From: an uncultured Acidobacteriota bacterium
GTDB taxonomy: Bacteria > Acidobacteriota > Terriglobia > Acidiferrales > UBA7541
Direction of reading: 5' to 3'
Length of the DNA stretch: 64,000 nt
Assembly (NCBI GenBank): GCA_963696035.1
Contig: CAVOIS010000006.1
Span: 180,486-244,485 of the forward strand
Every line of letters begins with the position of its first letter. Positions within the stretch are counted from its first letter, which is position 1. Shown piece by piece: positions 56,412-64,000 of the stretch. The position numbers were made by a program, and so were the translations under genes. The notes under the pieces were generated by a model that was given only the letters and a program-made list of their open reading frames with translations, made no database searches and was not told the origin of the DNA.

Positions 56412-56972
56412 ATGGCGCTGCAAATCCAAAAGACTTTCCAGGTAAGCGAGCCGGTGGAAAAAGTGTGGAGCTTCCTGAGCGATCCCAGGAAGGTCGCCGC
56501 GTGCGTGCCCGGCGCGCAAATCACCGAGCAAGTGGACGAAAAGACCTACAAAGGCGCGATCAGCGTCAAGGTGGGCCCGAGCGTCACCGATTACAAGGGT
56601 GAAGTGCAGATCGTTCGCCTGGATAATCAGAACCACGAGATCGAAATCCTGGGCAAAGGGCAGGACGTGCGAGGCCGCGGCAGCGCATCCATGAAGATGA
56701 CGGGCAAGCTCCGCGCGCTAGATGATGGCGGCACGGAGGTAACCAGCACTTCCGAGTTGAACGTGGTGGGCATCCTGGCCCAGATGGGGTCGCGCGTCAT
56801 CAGCGAAGTCTCGAATATTATGTTCGGAGAATTTACCAAGGAGTTCCAAGCTCGCATCGCGCAGCCGGAGGCTGCTCCTGACACGGCCGCGGAGGCAACC
56901 CCTGGCAAACCGATTAGCGCTACTTCGGTGGCGTGGCAAGCCGCTAAAGGTGTATTTCGCCGCGATTCTTGA
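56412..56972 (+). CDS. coxG: SRPBCC-fold CoxG family protein
   Basis: FQVSEPVEKVWSFLSDPRKVAACVPGAQITEQVDEKTYKGAISVKVGP is the typical CoxG N-terminus. It starts 4 nt after coxL. Confidence 0.85.
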   Translation: MALQIQKTFQVSEPVEKVWSFLSDPRKVAACVPGAQITEQVDEKTYKGAISVKVGPSVTDYKGEVQIVRLDNQNHEIEILGKGQDVRGRGSASMKMTGKLRALDDGGTEVTSTSELNVVGILAQMGSRVISEVSNIMFGEFTKEFQARIAQPEAAPDTAAEATPGKPISATSVAWQAAKGVFRRDS

Positions 56973-57022
56973 AGCATGCGCGAACGAAAATGATTGATGA
57001 TGGAATTTGATTTGAACCTACC

Positions 57023-57925
57023 ATGACGGCCTCCCCAAAGGTTCCCGACGATGAGGAAATCAAGGACGTAGATAACCTCGCGCAGAGGTTTGAGCGGCTG
57101 GGCTACGTCACCGACCGCGCGTTAGCCACTGCCGTTTACCTTGTCACCAAACTGCGCAAACCGCTGCTGATCGAAGGACACGCCGGACTGGGAAAGACAG
57201 AAGTGGCCAAGACCCTCGCGGCAATGTTGGGAACCCGTCTGATCCGATTGCAATGCTATGAAGGTCTGGACGTCAACTCCGCCGTGTACGAATGGAATTA
57301 TCAAAAGCAGTTGCTGGCCATCAAAATCGAGGAAAAAACGGAGCAAACGGTCGAAGAAAAGGAAAAGCACATCTTCAGCAAAGAATTCCTTCTGGAGCGC
57401 CCTTTGCTTCAGTCTATTCTCGCTGAGGATGCTTCGCCGGTGCTGCTGATTGACGAAATTGACCGCGCGGATGAGGCCTTCGAGGCATTCCTGCTCGAGT
57501 TGCTCTCCGATTTTCAAATCACCGTTCCGGAGATGGGCACCATCAAGGCCAAACATGTGCCTCATGTGATTCTCACCTCCAACCGCACGCGGGAATTGAG
57601 CGACGCTCTCAAGCGACGGTGCTTCTATCACTGGATTGACTATCCCAGTTTTGAAAAAGAAATGAAAATAGTCCGCGCGCGGCTGCCCGGCATCGAAGAA
57701 GAGCTGGGCGAGCAAGTCGTTCGATTCGTTCACGCCGTGCGGCAATTGGATCTCACCAAGCCTCCCGGCGTGACAGAAACTCTGGATTGCGCCCAGTCCG
57801 CGATGGCCTTGGGAAAACATCGGCTGGATGTCCAGGCCGTCGAGGAAACCTTGGGCTGCGTGGTGAAGTCGCATGAAGACAGCGCCAAGCTCAAGGCGGC
57901 AGGGATCGACAAAATGCTTTCGTAA
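57023..57925 (+). CDS. coxD: MoxR-type AAA+ ATPase
   Basis: Walker A EGHAGLGKTE, Walker B VLLIDEIDRA, and TSNRTRELSDALKRRC sensor region. Confidence 0.85.
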   Translation: MTASPKVPDDEEIKDVDNLAQRFERLGYVTDRALATAVYLVTKLRKPLLIEGHAGLGKTEVAKTLAAMLGTRLIRLQCYEGLDVNSAVYEWNYQKQLLAIKIEEKTEQTVEEKEKHIFSKEFLLERPLLQSILAEDASPVLLIDEIDRADEAFEAFLLELLSDFQITVPEMGTIKAKHVPHVILTSNRTRELSDALKRRCFYHWIDYPSFEKEMKIVRARLPGIEEELGEQVVRFVHAVRQLDLTKPPGVTETLDCAQSAMALGKHRLDVQAVEETLGCVVKSHEDSAKLKAAGIDKMLS

Positions 57926-57994
57926 TCCCATTCGGTGATTACATTTTTTGCGTGCGAATCGGGATGCGAAATCACGGCGCGGTGGATAGTGACC

Positions 57995-59128
57995 ATGCAT
58001 GAAGAAAAACCCGAGCACTCAGCGGTTTCCATCATCGAATTCTGCCGTTTCGCCCGCGACAACGGCTTGTCCATCGGCGTGCAGCAGACTTTGCACGCGT
58101 GCGAAGTTGCAAAAATGACCGGCATCGCCGACACCGAAGAATTGGCATTCGCTTTGCGCGCCGTACTTACTTCATCGAAACAAGAGTGGGATCGGTTCAA
58201 TGAACTGTTCGAAATCTTCTGGAACGCTGCGCAGCACACATCGGAGCCCCCCTCAGAAGATGGCAAGGAGGCCCGTTTCCGCACGCACCGGCCGCAAGCT
58301 AGTTCCCAGGCATTGCTGGCACAGTCGGCTGGTGGCGCTTCCCCCGCGGACCGCGAAGGCAAAGACGTTTCCGGCGCCAGCGCGCAGCATCGCCTGCAGA
58401 AGATGGACTTGTCTGATGTGCCGCACGAGGACCTCGCGGCGCTCGAGCAAATTTCTTCGCGCCTGTTCCGCAAAATGAGCCTGCGTCTCTCCCGAAGACG
58501 TCACATCAAGAATCTCGCCGATCGCGTGGATGTGCGCAGAACCATTCGGCACAGCATTTCCCGCGGAGGCGATCCGATTGATCTGACCTTCCACGAAAAA
58601 AAATCGCGGAAGCGCAGGCTCGTGATCTTTCTCGACATCAGCGGTTCTATGAATTCCTACAGCTTGTTTCTAGTGCGATTTGCCTACGCCCTACAAAAAT
58701 ACTTCAAGAGTGTGAATACATTCCTGTTCAGCACCAGCGTCGTGGAGATCACCGACCTGCTGCGGAATCGGGATCTGCCCGATGCCCTGCGAGGACTTTC
58801 GGAAAGAGCGGCCGGATGGGCGGGCGGCACCAGGATCGGCGAGTCGCTCCGCGACTTCAACCAGCGCCACGGCGGAAAATTGCTTTCCCGCAATACCGTG
58901 TTCATAATTCTGAGTGATGGCTGGGATACCGGGGAGCCGGCAATGCTCGCCGCCGAACTTCGCAGCATCAGGCGCCGCGTGGAAAAACTGATATGGCTGA
59001 ATCCGCTCTTGGGGCTGGAACAGTATGCGCCGGTCACACGGGGGATGAGCGCCGCGCTGCCCTACGTCAACGTTTTCGCGGCGGCGCATAATCTGCAGAG
59101 CCTACTGGCTCTCGAACGATATCTCTAG
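57995..59128 (+). CDS. coxE: VWA-domain CoxE family protein
   Basis: ATG 57995 preferred over GTG 57935. LVIFLDISGSM (MIDAS DxSxS), ILSDGWDTGEP, LIWLNPLLG. Confidence 0.8.
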   Translation: MHEEKPEHSAVSIIEFCRFARDNGLSIGVQQTLHACEVAKMTGIADTEELAFALRAVLTSSKQEWDRFNELFEIFWNAAQHTSEPPSEDGKEARFRTHRPQASSQALLAQSAGGASPADREGKDVSGASAQHRLQKMDLSDVPHEDLAALEQISSRLFRKMSLRLSRRRHIKNLADRVDVRRTIRHSISRGGDPIDLTFHEKKSRKRRLVIFLDISGSMNSYSLFLVRFAYALQKYFKSVNTFLFSTSVVEITDLLRNRDLPDALRGLSERAAGWAGGTRIGESLRDFNQRHGGKLLSRNTVFIILSDGWDTGEPAMLAAELRSIRRRVEKLIWLNPLLGLEQYAPVTRGMSAALPYVNVFAAAHNLQSLLALERYL

Positions 59129-59149
59129 TGCCTGACAAGGTGATGCGAA

Positions 59150-60118
59150 ATGTTTGATCAATTCCTCAGCAAAGCGGATGAGCTGCTGGCTCAAGACCAA
59201 CCTTTCGCTGTCGCCGTGGTGGTGCGCTATCAGGCGCCGATCTCGGGCAAACCGGGAAACAAAGCGATCATCTTCCCCGACGGAAAAATGTGGGGTTGGA
59301 TTGGCGGTGGATGCTCGCAGCCGGTGGTGGTGAAAGAAGCGCTGAAGGCGCTGGCAGACGGCCAACCTCGGTTGATTCGCATCAGCCCGTCGTCATCTCC
59401 CGAGGAGGGCATCGTGGATTACGCCATGACCTGCCACAGCGGCGGAACGTTAGACATTTTCATCGAGCCAATCCTGCCCAAGCTCCACATACTGATTCTG
59501 GGCCGGTCGCCGGTTGCCGTGGCCTTGGCAAAACTGGCCACCGTGACTAACTACGTCGTCTCTGTCGCCGCTCCGGGCGCAGATCGAGAGAATTTTCCCG
59601 ATGCCAGGCTGTTGCGGACGGATCTAGACTTGTCCCCGCTGAAAATCACGGCGCAGACTTTCATCGCGGTGTCCACGCAGGGAGAGTGCGATGAGGAGGC
59701 GCTCGAAAAGGCCCTGGGTACCCAGGCCGCGTATGTGGCATTCGTAGCCAGCAAAGTGAAGGCGGGCAAGGTTCTGGAGTGCCTGCGAGACCGGGGAGTG
59801 ACGGCCGCTCGGTTGAGCCAGGTGCGTTCGCCAGCCGGGCTCGACATTCGCGCAGCCTCTCCCGAGGAAATCGCGGTCAGCATTCTTGCCGAAATCATTC
59901 AGGTGCATGGCGCGAAGCCGAAGGCGCTGCAGGCGAAGGTAGAATTGCCGCTCCTGACGGAGGAGGCCAAAGATCCTATTTGTGGAATGTCGGTGGACGT
60001 AGGCGCCGCAAAGTACAAATCGGAATTTCAAGGAAATTCGTTCTACTTCTGCTGCGCTGGCTGCAAGCAAACGTTCGATAAGCAGCCTGATAAGTACGCG
60101 CTCGCAACTGCAGAGTGA
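59150..60118 (+). CDS. coxF: XdhC/CoxF-like maturation protein with C-terminal YHS/TRASH metal-binding domain
   Basis: FAVAVVVRYQAPISGKPGNKAII ... GWIGGGCSQ ... ILILGRSPVAVALAKLA ... PAGLDIRAASPEEIAVSILAEII. Then DPICGMSVDVGAAKYKSEFQGNSFYFCCAGCKQTFDKQPDKY. Confidence 0.8.
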   Translation: MFDQFLSKADELLAQDQPFAVAVVVRYQAPISGKPGNKAIIFPDGKMWGWIGGGCSQPVVVKEALKALADGQPRLIRISPSSSPEEGIVDYAMTCHSGGTLDIFIEPILPKLHILILGRSPVAVALAKLATVTNYVVSVAAPGADRENFPDARLLRTDLDLSPLKITAQTFIAVSTQGECDEEALEKALGTQAAYVAFVASKVKAGKVLECLRDRGVTAARLSQVRSPAGLDIRAASPEEIAVSILAEIIQVHGAKPKALQAKVELPLLTEEAKDPICGMSVDVGAAKYKSEFQGNSFYFCCAGCKQTFDKQPDKYALATAE

Positions 60119-60216
60119 CATCGCCGTCCAGGCAATTTGCACTCTGGATGCCGAGAAACCGGTTTCATGTTCCGCTTCGGATTGCGACGCTTCAGCGTGA
60201 ACACGTGGAAGGCCAG

Positions 60217-60420
60217 CTAACGACGAAGACTAATTTGCGAGGGGTCCACCTCGTAGCCCTCGTCCATTACAGTTTTCTGTCCCGCTGAGCGGAGGGTCTG
60301 CTCGCTTGCATTCTTCGGTGCATCGCAATAACGACGAATCACTTCCTCACCAGATTCGATTCGAATCAGCCACTTCGACTTGGCCGTATCCCAAGAGACT
60401 TCTACATCGTCTGGACGCAT
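60217..60420 (-). CDS. 67-aa hypothetical protein (paralogue of 31052..31255)
   Basis: MRPDDVEVSWDTAKSKWLIRIESGEEVIRRYCDAPKNASEQTLRSAGQKTVMDEGYEVDPSQISLRR, with GGAGGAAACC before the ATG. Confidence 0.6.
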   Translation of the reverse strand: MRPDDVEVSWDTAKSKWLIRIESGEEVIRRYCDAPKNASEQTLRSAGQKTVMDEGYEVDPSQISLRR

Positions 60421-60462
60421 GGTTTCCTCCGACTGCGATCTACACGAGATTATAGTGCAGGC
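60421..60462 (-). promoter_or_regulatory. conserved leader/promoter of the 67-aa gene (TATAAT box)
   Basis: Minus strand TGCACTATAATCTCGTGTAGATCGCAGTCGGAGGAAACC-ATG. TATAAT is the complement of 60449-60454. Confidence 0.4.
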
Positions 60463-61072
60463 ATCAGCCCGGTGGCTCCGTCATCTGGGGAGAACAACCG
60501 TTTATAGAGTCACATCTACGGAAAGACGACTTTTCGTCCAAGTGAAACTGTGTCGGTAACACATGCACATTTCTCGTTACCTATCTGGTTAGACTCCCCA
60601 CAACGGGACTTCTGGAAAGTCAACGAGATTTCACTTTTCCGGTTTGCGAGTTAGAACGTAGTCGCTGGCGCGACGGACGCTTCGCGTGCTATGCTCCTTA
60701 CGTCATGCCGCAAGGTAGAGCTTTTGACTGCGATTTTCGGTTTTCCGTGATTTTCCTAAGCCAAGCAAAATCAATAGGCTGCAAACGAAAAAAGATTCAA
60801 TTCCCATAGCCATTAGATCGGTGCAGCCACTAGCCCGCGTCCGCCGCAACCGCCAGCGCCCACCTTCAAACGGATTAATCGAACGCGCGCAGAGCACCGT
60901 GCCGAATTTCGACCGTTCCCGAAAACGCGCATCCGATTCATCACTAGCGTTAATCGGGACTTGTAGCAACTCTCGCTATGCGGCAGAAGGGTTGGCATTC
61001 GGGTTGAAGACCCGAAGCTCCGACCGTGCAATTAGACGTAGTTAGGAAGGATCATCTTTCGGATAGGATTAT

Positions 61073-61290
61073 CTATGGACATCGGCAACGTTGATGATAT
61101 GGATCGGAACACGAGATTTCCACCTCCGTCCCGCCTCCTAGCCTGCTCCATACCCGGAGTTGCGCTCCTACTCTTGCTGCCCGTTCGCGCATCCCCAGAA
61201 GACCCCAGTGCGGATGCCGGCTTGACCGAACTACCTGCGGATCCATCCCGCAGCCATTGTCACGCACGACCACGCGCAATCGGCGGGATC
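61073..61290 (-). pseudogene. C-terminal remnant of a NarL-class sensor histidine kinase (HATPase_c)
   Basis: ..LRVVVRDNGCGMDPQ ... HWGLLGMRERAARVGAQLRVWSRLGGGTEVEI. Only the G1/G2 end of the ATPase domain is present. The upstream part of the ORF has no kinase features. Confidence 0.55.
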
Positions 61291-61381
61291 GAGAATTTGA
61301 CCGCGAGCTGTGGATTTTGAGCAAAAAACTGACAGGCATATACTTCCAAACTGAGGATTTCGCTCTGTTTTGTTGCGCATT

Positions 61382-63055
61382 ATGACCGAACCAACGATTC
61401 ACCTTCCGCTGACTGCTTCGCGGGCTGATCAGGTATTCCCGACGCTGACGTCGGCGCAAATCGGCCGAATCGCAAGTCACGGTTACGCTCGTTCAACCAA
61501 AGCGGGAGATGTCTTGCTTGAGCAAGGTGACAAGAACATACCGATTTTCGTCGTAATTTCCGGCGAACTGGAGACGGTGCGCCCTTCTGGTGCTCATGAA
61601 ACATTGATCGCACGTGTACCGCCGGGGCAGTTCACTGGCGAAGTAAACACGCTTTCCGGACGGCGTGCTCTGAACCGCATCCGGGCCCGTGTAGCCAGTG
61701 AGGTCATCGAAGTCAGCCGCGAAAATGTGTTGGCACTAGTGCAGACCGATGGAGAGTTGAGCCAGATCCTGATGCGTGCTTTCATTCTTCGCCGGGCAGA
61801 ATTGTTCGCGCAGGGCCTAGGCGATGTCACCGTTGTGGGGTCCAGCCACTCAGCTGACACGCTCCGCATTAAGGAATTCCTGGCTCGCAATGGCCACCCT
61901 TGTGCCTACATCGATCTCGATCGCGATGCTGACGTACAGAGCCTGCTCGATCACTTCCACGTTTCTGCGTCCGACATCCCGGTGGTGATATGCCGAGGCG
62001 AAACTGTGTTGCGTAATCCCACCAACCAGGAGGTTGCCGACTGTCTCGGTTTTAACCAGGCTGTGGACCAATCCGAGGTGCGCGATCTGGTTATAGTGGG
62101 CGCAGGACCAGCGGGCCTAGCTGCCGCGGTTTATGGTGCATCTGAAGGCCTCAATGTCCTGCTGCTGGAAACGTACTCGCCGGGAGGTCAAGCTGGCTCC
62201 AGTTCGCGAATCGAGAACTATCTTGGCTTTCCTTCAGGTATTTCGGGAAATAGTCTGGCGTCCCGAGCCTACGCACAGGCACAGAAGTTCGGCGCGCAAA
62301 TGCTCCTCGCGAAAGGGACGCGGCTCATCTGCGAGCATAAGCCTTATGTCGTCGAATTAGCAGATGGCGCTCGAGTCCCGGCGCGCGCCGTCATGATCGC
62401 TACCGGTGCGAAATACCGAAAACTGGCCGTCGAGAATCTTTCACGGTTTGAAGGTGTTGGAGTCTATTACGGTGCAACGTTTATCGAGGCTCAGCTATGC
62501 AAGGACGAGGAGGTCAGCGTCGTTGGCGGTGGAAATTCGGCCGGTCAAGCGGCAGTGTTTTTGGCTGAAAGCGCAAAACATGTTTTCGTGGTGGTTAGAT
62601 CAGACGGGTTGGCAGACACTATGTCGCGCTATCTGATTCGGCGGATCGAGGAAACTCCGAACATCACGGTCCTTCCACATACTGAAATTGTCGCGCTCGA
62701 TGGCACCGAACACCTTGGGCGTGTGACTTGGCGGAACGGGCAGAGCGGCGAGACCATCGAGAAGAGCATTGCTCATCTATTCGTAATGACAGGAGCTATT
62801 CCGAACACCACGTGGCTTGAGGGCTGTGTCGTGCTGGATGCAAAAGGATTCATCAAGACCGGTTTTGATCTTTCCGCGGATGAGCTGCGTGCCGCGAACT
62901 GGCCACTCGCGCGCCGGCCGTACCTGCTCGAAACCAGTCTGCCGGGTGTGTTCGCCGCCGGAGATGTGCGCGGCGGGAACGTCAAGCGTGTTGCGTCGGC
63001 AGTAGGCGAAGGTTCAATCGCGATTCCCTTGGTCCATCAACTTCTTCGCGAATAA
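61382..63055 (+). CDS. cyclic-nucleotide-binding domain fused to a thioredoxin-reductase-like FAD/NAD(P) oxidoreductase
   Basis: cNMP beta-roll (GDVLLEQGDKNIPIFVVISGELE ... FTGEVNTLSG). FAD motif VIVGAGPAGLAAAVYGASEG, NAD motif VVGGGNSAGQAAVFLA, FAAGDVR. Confidence 0.85.
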   Translation: MTEPTIHLPLTASRADQVFPTLTSAQIGRIASHGYARSTKAGDVLLEQGDKNIPIFVVISGELETVRPSGAHETLIARVPPGQFTGEVNTLSGRRALNRIRARVASEVIEVSRENVLALVQTDGELSQILMRAFILRRAELFAQGLGDVTVVGSSHSADTLRIKEFLARNGHPCAYIDLDRDADVQSLLDHFHVSASDIPVVICRGETVLRNPTNQEVADCLGFNQAVDQSEVRDLVIVGAGPAGLAAAVYGASEGLNVLLLETYSPGGQAGSSSRIENYLGFPSGISGNSLASRAYAQAQKFGAQMLLAKGTRLICEHKPYVVELADGARVPARAVMIATGAKYRKLAVENLSRFEGVGVYYGATFIEAQLCKDEEVSVVGGGNSAGQAAVFLAESAKHVFVVVRSDGLADTMSRYLIRRIEETPNITVLPHTEIVALDGTEHLGRVTWRNGQSGETIEKSIAHLFVMTGAIPNTTWLEGCVVLDAKGFIKTGFDLSADELRAANWPLARRPYLLETSLPGVFAAGDVRGGNVKRVASAVGEGSIAIPLVHQLLRE

Positions 63056-63365
63056 CCTGTGCCCAGGTTGAGCAGGGGCTGGCAATCCAATCACGCAGCG
63101 ACGGGCAGGCTCGGGTCGAGCACTACGCCCGTAAGCTCAATCCGAGGAAGAGCGCAATGCTGACCAATTCCCTCCAGTGGACTGCATAGATCTTGCGAGG
63201 CACCGGACGCCATGGTGCGCATTTCACTTCGACGAAAAACGCCCTTTTCGCTCTTCTGACCAACCATAGCCGTAATTTCATAAGCCGCCGTTGGGGAGCG
63301 GCAGATTCTAGGAAAGACCTGATTGCCGTAAACTAGCGTGTGACAAAAACGTCCCGCGGAGCGTT

Positions 63366-64000
63366 ATGAGCAGCCCTTCCACGCTTATCCTTACTGCTGG
63401 TGACTTGCAAGCATCATTCTGGCCCGCGGCTGGAATGCTCGGCGCTTCTCTTCGCTTCCGTGGAGTTGAGCTTCTGCGCCGCGTGGACGATCTCGATGCC
63501 GCCCGCATCAAAGGAAGCACTGCCGGCATTCCACTCCTGTATCCTTGGGCAAATCGCCTCGGCAGTTTGAAATATCGCGCGGCTGGACGTCAGGTCTCGC
63601 TGGATTCCTCCTCGCCGCGTTTGCATTTCGATGATCACAAACTCCCTATGCACGGCGTTCCCTGGTCCGAACTGCAGTGGAACGTTGTTTCGAGCCACGC
63701 GGATGCACTAACTGCGCGTTTGGATTGGTTGAGCCAGGAACTGCTCGCGATTTTTCCATTCCCGCATCACGTCGAGATGGCGGTGCGGCTGCGGCCTGTT
63801 GATTTGGAGATTCAAACTACAGTCTTTGCAGATTCAGGTTCACCGGTTCCGATCAGTTTCGGTTTCCATCCCTATTTCGGCCTTCCGGGAATCCCGCGGG
63901 CAGAGTGGACACTGAACGCTCCTGCCATGCGCAAGCTGGCTCTCGATGCGCAAGGGATTCCCACCGGCCAGGAAACTCCGTCGACGCCCCTCGCCGCGCG
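63366..64000 (+). CDS. aldose 1-epimerase family protein (3' end outside window)
   Basis: Not in the ORF track because no stop is reached. My translation from ATG 63366: MSSPSTLILTAGDLQASFWPAAGMLGASLRFRGVELLRR ... GIPLLYPWANRLG ... FPFPHHVEMAV ... SFGFHPYFGLPG. Confidence 0.7.
   Translation, partial: MSSPSTLILTAGDLQASFWPAAGMLGASLRFRGVELLRRVDDLDAARIKGSTAGIPLLYPWANRLGSLKYRAAGRQVSLDSSSPRLHFDDHKLPMHGVPWSELQWNVVSSHADALTARLDWLSQELLAIFPFPHHVEMAVRLRPVDLEIQTTVFADSGSPVPISFGFHPYFGLPGIPRAEWTLNAPAMRKLALDAQGIPTGQETPSTPLAA

Overview
GC-rich chromosomal segment. By inference only, its gene content looks Acidobacteriota (Terriglobia)-like: CarboxypepD_reg-type TonB-dependent receptor, BNR/Asp-box exoprotein, TonB-C proteins and many secreted hypotheticals. 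No rRNA, tRNA or CRISPR array could be supported. Layout: (1) 1-10 kb is housekeeping-like (FAH-family hydrolase, short MscS-type channel, large BNR-repeat exoprotein, acyl-CoA carboxyltransferase, SurA-like PPIase). (2) 10-20.6 kb is an accessory, decaying tract. It holds a PLP-decarboxylase remnant, a TetR/SDR divergon with a 44-bp palindromic operator, and an IS1634-family element whose transposase has an internal deletion. It also holds an intact aldolase-II/Baeyer-Villiger monooxygenase/esterase/SDR operon, then MBL-fold and GT1 pseudogenes. (3) 20.6-25.4 kb encodes a hybrid histidine kinase plus a REC-PP2C response regulator. (4) 25.7-47.2 kb encodes envelope and secreted proteins and is riddled with dispersed duplicated fragments: at least seven repeat/paralogue families, one with a 51-bp inversion. 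It includes an unusual ExeA-like AAA+ ATPase fused to an Amidase_3 domain, lying next to a pseudo-receiver-PAS-GGDEF/mini-LuxR/Crp cluster. (5) 47.2-49.3 kb is an Ig-like-repeat (choice-of-anchor-D-like) exoprotein with near-identical internal repeats. (6) 49.7-60.1 kb is a complete form I (AYRCSFR) aerobic CO dehydrogenase locus, coxMSL-G-D-E-F, with extra maturation genes: a MocA-XdhC fusion, an XdhC-YHS fusion and an IscU-like protein. (7) 60.2-64 kb holds a small-protein paralogue, a gene-poor spacer with a kinase remnant, a cNMP-binding TrxR-like flavoprotein lacking the CxxC, and a partial aldose 1-epimerase. All family calls rest on motifs read by eye from the translations. No database search was run, and all similarity statements are visual estimates.
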